Shown: positions 38,836 to 51,397 of the stretch, one piece after another | Numbering within the stretch: position 1 is the stretch's first letter | Layout: every line of letters begins with the position of its first letter | Assembly: GCA_051362555.1 (NCBI GenBank) | Contig: CM120643.1 | Coordinates: forward strand, 1,054,001 to 1,118,000 | Reading direction: 5' to 3' | DNA: 64,000 nucleotides | From: Lingula anatina | Lineage: Eukaryota > Animalia > Brachiopoda | Translations under genes and position numbers: made by a program | Notes under the pieces: model-generated | What the model was told of the DNA's origin: nothing | The model's database searches: none | What the model saw: only the letters and a program-made list of their open reading frames with translations

Positions 38836-39622
38836 ATGGCAACAACAGCTGGAATACTCCCTGAAATCCCAAGAAATGAAACATAAAATTATTTCCGCAT
38901 GCGACTGCTCTTAGAGCGTGCAACTGACGTGCTTCGAGATGTTCTCAGGACTCAGCTACAAGCAGCTTATCCGGGACTGTTTGATCCCAGTAAAACTGAC
39001 AAACTTTTTGACGTTCTTGACAATCGACAAGTCAAACATTCCTTGCTGTCATTGAAAAAGAGGAAGGTAGTGAACTCAAGTCAAATGAAACTCCTGTACC
39101 CCTCTGGCACCCCTTCAACAACTGTGACAACACAGGACTTAGATATTACACTTGTAGCTGTCTTATTAAGAAACATCACCAATCTGAACCCTCATGCTAA
39201 ATGGGAAAACCCACCAGCTTCCGACACCTCCATAGAGGCCAACATTGGTAGAGTGAAGACCTACCGCAACAACCACATGCATGGAAGTCCTGGCATCACT
39301 GACATAGCATTTCAAGCAGAGTTTAACGACCTCAAACAAATTCTTCTTTCACTGTCGCCAACATATACCAGCGATGACTACGACAAGCTTATTATTGTGC
39401 CTATGGATGCTAAAGGTAATTGAGTTTTATAAAGCAGCTTTCGGGGAATAAAAATAAAATGTATTAAATTACACGTAGTCAAACCCGCGTTTTTTGTCAG
39501 CCAAAATAGTAAAGTCCTTTCCAGGATTCAGGAAATTTTTTTATTTGCAAAAATTGAAAAACAACCTCAGTCACAAGGAGGTCTCTCTGAGTGCTTTACT
39601 AGATACAACTATTAGTATTTTT

Positions 39623-39702
<80 letters not shown>

Positions 39703-42700
39703 TAAGTACAGGTATTGCCGCGTTGCAACGTTTTTGCTGTTTGTTGTCTATATATTGGTTAGGTATGTTGTCTAGTAACTTTAAAAATCATTTCACTGAG
39801 TTAATAATTACGTCTTTACAAGTGTTATAATGAACTTAATTCTGTTGGTCCACTGTAAGGCGTTCAGGCCATCTACATGTATATGTACGTGTATGTAAAG
39901 TGGTCAAAGATATGTAGTGTGAAAAGCTCCCCAGAAAGTCAATCTGCCAAGTTGAGTTCAGTCAGTGCCAAGCAATACGTTTAACCCGTATCTTAGGTGT
40001 AGTACCATTAAACAATATAGATTTTCTATCAGTATGGGGCAAAACAGTACTTTGTTTCCATGATATAAATTTATTTCCACTTCATAGCTAGAATTATCTG
40101 AATCATGATTCTGTGGGAGTTGGATTATTATTATTATTATTATTTTAAATATTTATTTAAAATAAATTATAATGCCACATTGTGTAATATTCCATATTAT
40201 AAAAAAAAATTATAGTTGAAAGAATGACAAGAAAAATTATACGTGTTTAATCATGTATATTCTTACTTTTTGATATTTTCAGTTGCCCCGTGTCAGCTCC
40301 TCTCAGTGCAGCTACCAGGGAAACTTGCTGACCTTAAAGGCCGTGAAGACTTGGTACAGCAAATACAGCAACACATTGCAGGTGAAACCCGAATTGTTCT
40401 TCTTACTGGGATGGGTGGTATTGGGAAGACATCGGTGGCTATCGAGGTCGGGCATCGCGAGCAAAATGTTCTTTATTTTGATATGAGACAAGCCACCGAC
40501 CTTGAATCTGTCAAGTTATCTCTGGTCCAGCACTACCACCCAACACGATCCCTGAAAGATTTATACAGTGACTATCAAAATATACTCATACAAACTTTGT
40601 CTAGTTTAACTTCAGACACTGTAATTATTTTTGATAACAATGATGAGGTCATTAAGTCACATTTGCAGAACTTTCACACTTTGCTTCAGAATGTTTTAAA
40701 TTCATCAAAGCATATCACTTTGTTGTGTACCAGTCGTGAATCATTCAGTGTCATGTCACATAATATGGCTGTCCTAGACGTACCTCCACTTGATAAGGCA
40801 CCCTCCATTGATATCCTTTGGGAAGGAAAATCCACTATCCCCACTGATAGTGAGTCAAAAGTGTTAGGTGAAATAGCAGAGAAGTGTGGAAGGAACCCAC
40901 TTGCACTGAAATTATTAGCAGTTCAACTCAAGAAAAAACATGCGCAGAGAGTATTAGATAGGATAAAAAACAAAAATGTTATTGAAAGCCTTAAGGTACC
41001 AAATCTTCCTGCCTCTCAGGAAATGATGGCATGCCTGGATATGTCTTACGAAACACTGAGTACTGAAGAACAAAAATTGTTTAGAGCTTTACACATATTT
41101 CCAGTTTCGTTTCACGTGGGAGAAGTTTCAGAAATTTTGGAAATAGATGAGGATGAATGTGAATCTGTCCTTGACAGTCTTTGCAACAAATCCCTCCTAA
41201 CTGCAGACCACAGTTTGTATGATCTCCACCCACTATTAAGAGCTTATGCAGAGTATCAGGCAAAAAAGGACCAAAACGAAATGTCCCGCATTCAAGATGC
41301 ATACTGTCAACATTACATGAAACAAATCCCCCTTCTGTTATTCAAATTGGAATACCTCCCTTCAAAAAAAGCGCACAAAGAAGCGCAAAATGCACTACCA
41401 CATTATAAAGTGGTCGCTAAATTGCTGTCAGATCAACTATACAGCAAAAAACAACACGGCAAAGAAATGCCCATTGTATGTGAAGATCTGTTTTTAATTG
41501 CAGATGTATTTCAAAACGTTTTCTTGTACACTGAAGCCTTAACGATACTTCAAAAACTGGAAATATTAAATGATAACAATTTCCCCTCTGAACGAGTTGG
41601 CACTTGTATTTATGGCAAAATCGGTGATGTGCTGCATGGGATGGGTAACTCCGCAGAGGCACTTACATATTACGATAAATCTCTGGAAATTCAAAAAGAA
41701 ATACATGGTGAGAAACACACTGATACTGCCAATGCATACAACAATATTGGTAGTGCACTATGTGGAATAGGTAAGTACACAGAGGCACTTACATATTATG
41801 AGAAATCTCTTGACATTAATAAAGAAATACATGGTGAGAAACACACTGATACTGCCAATACATACAACAATATAGGCAGTACACTATATGCCACAGGTAA
41901 GTACGCAGAGTCGCTTACATATCATGAAAAATCTCTAGAAATCCACAGAGAGATATTTGGTGAGAAACATCCTGCTACTGGTAGAACATACCAGTATATT
42001 GGCAATGCACTACATGGCACAGGTAAGTACGCAGAGTCACTAATATATCATGAAAAATCTCTAGAAATCCAGAAAGCAACACTTGGTGAGAAACACCCTG
42101 ATACTGGAAAGGCATGCATAAATCTTGGCGTTACATTATATGGCATGGGTAAGTACAAAGAAGCACTGTCATATTATGAGAAATCTCTTGAAATCCAGAA
42201 AGAAATACTTGGCGAGAAACACACTGATACGGCTAGGGCATACCAGAATATTGGCAATGTACTATGTGACATGGGTAAATATCCAGAAGCCTTAACACAC
42301 TATAAGAAATCTCTTGAAATCCAGAGAGAAATACTTGGTGAGAAACACCGTAGTGTTGCAGCGATATACCAGGTTATTGGCAATGTACTATTAGAAATGG
42401 ATAGGTACACAAAGTCTTTAACATATCATGAGGAATCTCTTAAAATTTGGAAAGAAACACTTGGTGAGAAACATCCTGATACTGCTAGGTCATTCATGAA
42501 TATTGGTAATGTACTATGCAAAATGAGTAAGTACACAGAGGCACTTACATATTATGAGAAATCTGTAGAAATCCAAAAAGAAATACTTGGTAAGAAACAC
42601 CCTGATATTGCTGGGACATACCAGAATATTGGCAATGCCTTATTTGACATGGGTAAGTATAATGAGGCACTTACCTATCACGAGAAATCTCTTGAAATCC

Positions 42701-43536
42701 AGAAAGAAATACTTGGTGAGAAACATCCTCATACTGCTAGGACTTACGTCAATGTTGGCAATGCACTGTGTGGCATTAATAAATACGAAGAGGCACTTAC
42801 CTATCATGAGAAATCTCTTAAAATCCAGAAAGAAATGTTTGGTGAGAAACACCGTGATATTGTTGTGACATACGGATGTATTGGCAACGCACTATTTTCC
42901 ATGGGTAAGTACGCAGAGGCACTCAGCTATTATGAGAAATCTCTGGAAGACCAAAAAGAAATAATTGGTGAAAAACACACTGATACAGCTAGGACATACA
43001 CCAATATTGGCAGTGCACTATTTGAAATCGGTAAGTACGCTGAGGCACTTACAAATTATGAGAAATCTCTTGAAATCAAGAAAGAATTACTTGGTGAGAA
43101 ACACCCTGATACTGCCTCGACATACCAGGGTGTTGGCAATGCACTATGTACCATGGGTAAGTATTCAGAAGCACTTACATATTTTAAGAAATCTCTTGAA
43201 ATCAAGAAAACATTCCTTGGAGAAAAACACCCTGATACTGCTTCGACATACCAGGGTGTTGGCAATGCACTTTTTGGCATGGGTAAGCACTTTGAGGCAC
43301 TTGGTTGTTATCAGAAATCCCTCGAAGCTCATGTAGAACATTTTGGAATCAGCCATGGCAAAACTAAGGCTCTGAATATTACAGTCTGTTTTGTAAAAAT
43401 GTTGATATTGACCAACGTACTGATGAATATGAGCAAATATCTTGCCACTGAATCGATAGTTAAAAGCAAATTTAGACAAGCAAGTCGATTTTTAAGTTTT
43501 ATTGGTTGGAATTTCAAGCTTTATTACAAATTTTGA
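38836..43536 (+). CDS. NLR-like STAND protein: DZIP3-type HEPN + NB-ARC + ~14 TPR repeats; in-frame TAA at codon 17 (intact 1256 aa from Met 38899)
   Basis: Exons 38836/38899-39415 and 40283-43536 join in phase 1 (AAAG|GTAATT..TTTCAG|TT). HEPN: DLDITLVAVLLRNI, RVKTYRNNHMH. NB-ARC: GMGGIGKT, VIIFDN, CTSR, GRNPLAL, LHPLLR. 42-aa repeats: EALTYYEKSLEIQKEILGEKHPDTA. Confidence 0.9.
38899..39415 (+). CDS. HEPN (DZIP3/hRUL138-like) exon
   Basis: RxxxxH motif RNNHMH and the DITL..LLRN family signature. Confidence 0.85.
39626..39700. repeat. (TA)n microsatellite in the HEPN/NB-ARC intron
   Basis: Directly visible. Confidence 0.95.
40283..43536 (+). CDS. NB-ARC + TPR exon
   Basis: 1097-aa ORF 40243-43536; Walker A/B motifs and a TPR array. 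Confidence 0.95.
41600..43370 (+). repeat. Coding tandem repeat, 126-bp unit, ~14 copies (TPR)
   Basis: Recurring gagaaatctcttgaaatccagaaagaaatacttggtgagaaacaccctgatactg. Confidence 0.92.
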
Positions 43537-45593
43537 TAAAATTTCCAGGTTTGGTTGGCACTTGCATAATATTAAAATGACAGGTTTCACTTCTTGGGAT
43601 GATCACCATAAAACGAATGGGGGCGAGATCACGGATGAGAACTTTGTGTTCATGTTTCCCTTTTTATGTTCTTTGTAAGGTAGTAGTGAGCTTCTTGCAC
43701 TCTAATTAAGGGCCACGGTTTGCATACGCCATGTACCCGTATGTAAGTAATGGAGGACTGACCCTCAATTACACGAACCCCTTGTTTTGTCACAATATGA
43801 CAAATAGACGTATCACAATTTCAATTGTGCATCCACATATCTATATCATGTGATATCACCCCAAGATTTGTCAGGACTTTCCAGTTTATATACCGGTACA
43901 GAGTTCCATTTTTCCTGACCTACTCTAACCTTCAAATATAGCTGTGAACTCACATGAATCAATACATCTCCTAAGGCAAAAATGCAGTTTCACATTCATC
44001 CTCAACTATGTGCTGGAGATTTGCTTCATTTTATTTCACAGGTACTAAACGCAAACGCCTCAAGAACAATGTATTTTTTTATTGGAGGGTTATGAAGTGG
44101 GTTGAAATAGGTTGCGTACCAGTAGACAAGTCCTTGTATGTCAGTCAAAACAGATAATAAGTGCAAGTTTCAAAATTCAGGTCATTGTTAAAAAATTATA
44201 CACAAGTGTTAAAACTTTAGTAAATCTACAATCACCGAGACATAATTTCACCAGATCTAGCTAGGGTTCATGTGTGTAAAATTATATAAGATGGACGTTT
44301 CATAAATGCTGACGGCTTCTTGGAAAGAATTGTAGATTGTCGTGAAATACGAACTGTGTCATTCTGAACTGCCATGCTGTGGTATTTTAAAATCCCATGT
44401 CGCTGGTAGATGCAGATTAGCGGTCCTTAGAATTTCCCTCCAAGGGAAAATATCGGACTCACGATCAGTCCCTTACAAAAAGGGGAGAAACAACAAATTC
44501 TTCAACCAAAGCACTGTAAAATTCCCAGATTTTTTTGCAAATCAATGTATTCACTTTATTGATGACATTATGGGTCTCCGACCTGCTTCTATCCTGAATC
44601 TGCCAGCGCACGTGATTTTATATCCCAGTGTTCTTATCGAGTTTTAAGGTTGAACAGTTTTATTTGGTGCGTTTTTTATAAAAAAAATGATTTTCGTTTG
44701 TCAATAGCTTAAGAGATGATTAAGTAAATTTATCAACCAATATTTGGTCTGCTGGCTGGTAAATTAAGTTAATTTTTCTGTATCTATTGACAAATGAAAC
44801 TGTATATGTTTATCAAGTTTTAATATTATCCAACAGCACGTATTCTGATAAATGCCCTTATCAGGCATAATTCCACTGACGATTTGCTTTGTTCACTTGT
44901 GTTATTGTAATGTCAGATGTGTGATGAATATTAAGTGTATAGTTAGAGTCAAATTTGAGATGCTGATTTAGGTGTTTTTTCATACTTTGTACTTAGACAG
45001 AGCGAGACAGTGGTCATACATGTAGTAACACTGTAACTCGGTGAAAACCATTTACAATTTCTTGTATATACTTTGTAAAAGTTATTACTATATCTATGCA
45101 CAAAATGGATGCTAAGGTGTTGTGGGAGCAAAAATCACGAGAAAACTTTATGTAATCATTGCTGTTGATATTTGCAGATGATAAATGCACTGATAAATAT
45201 ACTCTAGTATTACAATCTATGTAGAAATGGCAGATCAGCCGAAGTCTCCTTTTCACGCTTTTCTCTCAATCTACAACGTTAGTAATACCTTAGGGAAGTG
45301 GGAAGATTGTGCCCGTAGTTTGAATTTGATTATAACCGTTAAAAGTATATTTTGAAGGCATTTTTTAGCCTTCGGCAATTTCCGTAAAGCTTCGGCATGT
45401 GTGACAGGTATCACATATTGTCAATAACCAGGGGTGGATTGAGGGTTATTTTCTGACAGCCTTTCGATTTATCTTTGTTGATCCATCCTCCATTGTTGAC
45501 CGTCTTATGTCATGACAGAAAAATAGATACCCGTCAGTGTAAACTTAATAACCCAGTCTCAGTCCGCCCCTGATAGCACTATTCAAGATATCA

Positions 45594-45660
45594 GGATTTG
45601 ATGGGCCAGTGGTAACGTCCGTGGTTACCAAACACGGCGGTGTGAGTTCGATCCCCACTC
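45594..45660 (+). pseudogene. tRNA-Gly-derived sequence, second copy
   Basis: GGATTTGATGGGCCAGTGGTAACGTCCGTGGTTACCAAACACGGCGGTGTGAGTTCGATCCCCACTC followed by a T-run. Confidence 0.55.
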
Positions 45661-46761
45661 TTTTTTTAAATCATTGTTGTGGTTCAGTGATTAATATGAC
45701 GGGTATCAGCTAGTGTAGTTCTTAATTTATTATGATAAAGTATACTATGATGTGATATTACATGACATCATATATAAAGTATACTATGATGTGATATTAC
45801 ATGACATTATATATAAAGTATACTATGATGTGATATTACATGACATCATAAATAAAATATACTATGACATGAAATGATATTACATGACATCATATATAAA
45901 AAATACTATGATATGATATTGCATGGCATCATACATAAACTGTGCACTAGTACATATATATTACAAATGTGTACGAAGTACCTTCATATTATTGTTGAAA
46001 GATGTGTCACTTTTGTCAATTAAATATTATTATTTCTCCTGCTGTTTTATGTTGTATGGAAGTTCTGAGATTAAGAAAAGAACGTGCTAGCACAAAAGCC
46101 ACACATAAAAGTCACACCTAATTATTTCTCGAACTAAGATTAAATTAGTCATTTAGTCTCTGAAATGTTTCAACTTTCAATTGTTTACAGCACTGGTCAA
46201 CAGCCAACACAGCATCGTGTTATAAACTGATGAATATTGGAGTGTGTTAATTGAGAGCTTGTACATGAGTTTAAAAAAAAACTACGCATTTTTATTTCGT
46301 TTCGTTTAGTGATATTAATTTAAACGTAAAATTGTAATTTAAACGTAAATGTAAAAATACAAACATACGCAAACGCTTTGATCAAGTAATGGCAACACAC
46401 CCCTTGCACCCCATATTGATCGTAAATTAACCCTGTTTTAATTAACAAGCACGTAGGCTTCCCATGTGCCTCTGATGGTTATATATATATATTATATATA
46501 TTATTCCACATTGTGTAAACACTAGGTGTTTGTTGTTGACGTGGGTCCGGCAACAGAGCACACATTTTTCCACCAGTTTTAAAGTCTTATTGTAGCTCTC
46601 GGGCGTTTAAATATAAACTCCAAATATGTTCTGATCATATAAAACTGATAGCTACCTTCAGTGAATCCATGGCTGATTTACCGACTTTATTTTAAGCTCA
46701 CATTATATTAAAGATAAGAGTGGGTCAACTTAATTGACTGAGGTCACTTACAAATGACCAG

Positions 46762-47449
46762 GGGCCGGTTTCACAAAGCAGTAGTTAGTTAGAACAACTA
46801 ACTACTGAACTACCTCGCTAACGAGCAAACTTAGCGATTTTCGAGGGGTGTTTCACGAAGCAGTCGTTAACTCATCGCTAAGTTCAGTCGTAAAGTTCGG
46901 TCGTTAGTTCTCTCGTTACTCACCGTACTCTCGAAACCGTCTGCCGGAAGTGGAATTCTTGCGTAAAAGTGTCACGAAAGCACTAACTCTCCAATTTTTG
47001 GTGGCTGGAAATGCATAAGAACGTCTGCTTTGAGGTCGTCGTAAAGGATCTCCACCACCTTTTTGCCGCTCTTTTTGTCACAGCTAGGCGCAACCTCTCG
47101 TAAATTGCATCATTGTGTGTATATTCTAATAGATTCTGCCTTTCATGAAAACGTCGTATTCTACGTTGCCGTCTGGCGGTACGGATAGCAAGAAAAGTAG
47201 CCGCCATATTGGATACAAAGACAAACGACAGACAATGGTAACTAAGCAACCCTTTTTATTTCACTCATTACGCATGCGTACGATGAAACTCTAGAGTTAG
47301 CGACTGGTCTGACCAGTCGTTAAATATCCAAGGCAACAACGAGACAATAACGAGCGAGAGAACTAGCGACTGCTTCGTGAAACGGCACTATAACTAGCGA
47401 TAGGCTAACTACCGATCGCTAACTAACTACTGCTTTGTGAAACCGGCCC
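46762..47449 (-). mobile_element. Non-autonomous Harbinger element, copy 1 (~690 bp)
   Basis: TIR gggccggtttcacaaagcagtagttagttag; CAG TSD; empty site in the left arm (~99-101). Retains a transposase-like N-terminus MAATFLAIRTARRQRR..FHERQNLLEY..IYERLRL. Confidence 0.88.
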
Positions 47450-49885
47450 CAGGGTCTTGTCTACGTCAGTGTGCGATATGTGTGCAGACCGAGTTAACAT
47501 GTTATCCAGATCAGAGAAGAAATGGAGATAAGGTTTTTCTATTTTAGGCATAGACTAATCTGGCGAGATTCAGTTCAATCGAGGAACAATTTGATATTAA
47601 TTGAGAAATTGCAAGCTGGTTAAAAGTAAAATAAGAAGTACGTATATGTACGGTTACCATACTCAAACAACAGAAGAGAGAGTCAGATGAGCTGTGATAA
47701 AAAACCGTGTTCAATACTTCTTGTTGCCTGGCAATAGCTAGGTTAATACAGAGGAACAAAAACAAGCGTCTTGTTAATGTCACCAATTCCTAACCCCGAT
47801 CCAGTTCAGTGTTATGATTTTTTTAATTTTTAACTTTTTTTAGAATTAACATGGACTTGTCATAGAAACATGTACTACTAGAAAAATTCTGACATACATG
47901 TTTCTATCAATACGCTTTATTAATTGTAGATAAATCAGAAGTTTTTTGTCTTTATCTTTCACAAACCAGTTATATATGATGACAAGATAAAGACCGCAAC
48001 GGTTGATCTGGAAAAACAGTTTGTTTTGAATACTACGAGGCGGTCTTATATGACAACACCGCAACTACCTGCTATACCTAGCTGTCACTGCGGTATTGTA
48101 TACACATACAATCTGGGGATCAGTGCTGTACTTATTTTGAACAGGTATTTGTATGTGACGTGATCAGAGCAAAATATACGTTTCAGATACAATCAACCTC
48201 TAGACGTAACCATTGATAAAATGCCAATGGATTGCTATTAATAGTTATTTACCCTGTATAGACTCCGATTGCTACTAGAATGTTACCAACATTTCTCATC
48301 TACGCATAATAGTTCTATTCACGCCCATAGCTTTGTATAAACACTGATGAGATACGTGCACCTGCGCTTTCCACATCGGCTAAGATTGAAGTATCATTGT
48401 GTTGACAACCGCTAAGTTGTACGTGGATACTGCATTGTTACCGAGCACCGCAAGCACAATTGTGTTCTGCTGGCGGAGACTGCATTGTGTTTCGCTGGAA
48501 GAGGCTGTATCTGAAAGCAAAGACAAATTACTAAGACTTGCTGCAAATCATTTGGAAAGCTGAGAGGTCTTGGACAGGTCACACAGGACACTCACGTGTA
48601 AGTAGACGCAGATGAGAGACGCGGTAAGGAAAACCTAGAAGAGATCGACGAGCACAGGAGACAATTCCACATCGCAGTTTTAAAAGTCAATTAAAGAGAC
48701 TAGTGGCTTAGCGGTATCAACGAATAGTGCGATCTACATGCACGTACATATGTTTTGTCGGTGTTTGAAAGTGTGTTAATATGTTTTCACCAGAAAAAAA
48801 AATTAGAAACGTTTCTCCACATGTCATCTCAAGCAGCCGTTCGTGATTGAGGGATTCAAATACCGTTTAACGTTATGTTACAGAGGCATAACACCATAAC
48901 TGTATTTCAAGCCGAAATAGGTCGACATATGAATATCCCTCTCTCCAAATGTGTAAATAACCTCAATACATCACGACCAACGAACTCAGTGATGACATCA
49001 TAATATAAGATGTCGAATGTCATGCTGATGTCTCGTTATCTTCGCCGTTTCCCAGTCCTGGGACCTGTTCTTCCAGCATGGAGGCAGGGGGCAGGGTGGG
49101 GGTGACATGGTCGGAACACGTGGGGTATAGACGTAAACGGGTACAACTTAGTCGTTAACATGGGCATCGATACGATTCTGAGGCTGAGCCACGGTGGCAG
49201 GTTTATCAAAGCAATAACGACAATTTAAAGCAAAAACAACCCACAGCGCTGGTTATCAACCCCAGCTGTCATTGAATCACATTTGTAATATATACCCTTC
49301 CTTCATTTCCTTTGTTTTATAAATACATTACAGTGCATGCTAGCTGTCTTGCTAACATAGACGACGTGTTTTCTTGTGGGAATAACAAACGACATTTTTT
49401 TGTCAGCAGCGTGTGCAATAGGTTATGTAACTGTATATTAATTTGTTTAGCCGCTACCTGATTTAGCGGTTATTTGTTGTTCACTCCGTTTGCACAGGTA
49501 TCGACAATGGATGTTTTTAACAAACCGATGACCTAGTTCCACTATTGTTCACAACACACGATTCAAGGGTCACATAACTGAATCTTTTTTGTGGTCGCCA
49601 TTTTGCTTCACATCTGCTTTGGTAGTCCGGGATGCGTCGTACACGGATACATTTTATAGATACAGTAGATATAAGCTGATGCACTAACAGAGATTTTATA
49701 CGAAGTCATCGCTGCATCGTACAAGGTATGTTTTAACTTAACAGAAGCTGGTAATATACTACAAGGCCTAGTAAGTCTATCGTGTATCAATGTATCAATG
49801 TATGTGACCAAACGTCTTAGAGTATTCATGTGTTCGTGCAGCATAATACACCAGCCCCAGAAAGTTAGGAAACATCGCTATTCCG

Positions 49886-50571
49886 GGGCCGGTTTCACAA
49901 ACGGTTGTTAGTTAGCGATCGGTAGTTAGCCTCTCGCTAGTTATAGTGCCGTTTCACGAAGCAGTCGCTAGTTCTCTCGCTCGTTATTGTCTCGTTGTTG
50001 CCATGGATATTTAACAACTGGTCAGACCAGTCGCTAACTCTAGAGTTTCATCGTACGCATGCGTAATGAGTGAAATAAAAAGGTTGCTTAGTTACCGTTG
50101 TCTGTCGTTTGTCTTTGTATCCAATATGGCGGCTACTTTTCTTGCTATCCGTACCGCCAGACGGCAACGTAGACTACGACGTTTTCATGAAAGGCAGAAT
50201 CTATTAGAATATACACACGATGATGCAATTTACGAGAGGTTGCGCCTAGTTGTGGCAAAAAGAGCGCCAAAAAGGTGGTGGAGATCCTTAACAACGACCT
50301 CAAAGCAGACGTTCTTATGCATTTCCAGCCACCAAAAATTGGAGAGTTAGTGCTTTCGTGACACTTTTACGCAAGAGTTCCACTTCCGGCAGACGGTTTC
50401 GAGATTACGGTGAGTAACGAGAGAACTAACGACCGAACTTTACGACTGAACTTAGCGATGAGTTAACGACTGCTTCGTGAAACACCCCTCGAAAATCGCT
50501 AAGTTTGCTCGTTAGCGAGGTAGTTCAGTAGTTAGTTGTTCTAACTAACTACTGCTTTGTGAAACCGGCCC
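49886..50571 (+). mobile_element. Non-autonomous Harbinger element, copy 2
   Basis: Same TIRs and internal sequence; flanks CCG/CTG. Confidence 0.88.
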
Positions 50572-50717
50572 CTGACTTATTAAAATTTACCATAACAGAT
50601 AAGGAGCATATATTAACCAAATATTTATATACCTAAAGATTTTCTCGCTACATATCCATCATAAAGTATGTGAATCATTGAAAGACAATTTCATGTTTAC
50701 GAACTATTTTGGTCCAG

Positions 50718-51397
50718 GGGCCGGTTTCACAAAGCAGTAGTTAGTTAGCGATCGGTAGTTAGCCTCTCGCTAGTTATAGTGCCGTTTCGCGAAGCAATCG
50801 CTAGTTCTCTCGCTCGTTATTGTCTCGTTGTTACCTTGGATATTTAACGACTGGTTAGACCAGTCGCTAACTCTAGAGTTTCATCGTACGCATGCGTAGT
50901 GAGTGAAATAAAAAGGTTGCTTAGTTACCGTTGTCTGTCGTTTGTCTTTGTATCCAATATGGCGGCTACCTTTCTTGCTATCCGTACCGCCAGACGGCAA
51001 CGTAGACTACGACGTTTTCATGAAAGGCAGAATCTATTAGAATATACACACGATGATGCAATTTACGAGAGGTTGCGCCTAGTTGTGGCAAAAAGAGCGC
51101 CAAAAAGGTGGTGGAGATCCTTAACAACGACCTCAAAGCAGACGTTCTTATGCATTTCCAGCCACCAAAAATTGGAGAGTTAGTGCTTTCGTGACACTTT
51201 TACGCAAGAGTTCCACTTCCGGCAGACGGTTTCGAGACTACGGTGAGAAACGAGAGAACTAACGACCGAACTTTACGACTGAACTTAGCGATGAGTTAAC
51301 TACTGCTTCGTGAAACACCCCTCGAAAATCGCTAAGTTTGCTCGTTAGCGAGGTAGTTCAGTAGTTAGTTGTTCTAACTAACTACTGCTTTGTGAAA
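50718..51397 (+). mobile_element. Non-autonomous Harbinger element, copy 3 (right TIR tip lost)
   Basis: Nearly identical to copy 2, preceded by CAG; ends at ..gctttgtgaaa. Confidence 0.88.

Larger units (their letters stand above)
43828..47550 (+). repeat. Right arm of the inverted duplication, with extra insertions (~46250-46575 and a Harbinger MITE)
   Basis: See 1-2532; begins ~290 bp after the NLR stop codon. Confidence 0.9.

Noticed and set aside
41081-43517. Alternative-frame and antisense ORFs over the NB-ARC/TPR exon
   Set aside because: Shadows of the repetitive TPR coding sequence.
50066-51183. Two identical 94-aa ORFs as a tandem host gene pair
   Set aside because: They lie inside TIR-bounded Harbinger derivatives.
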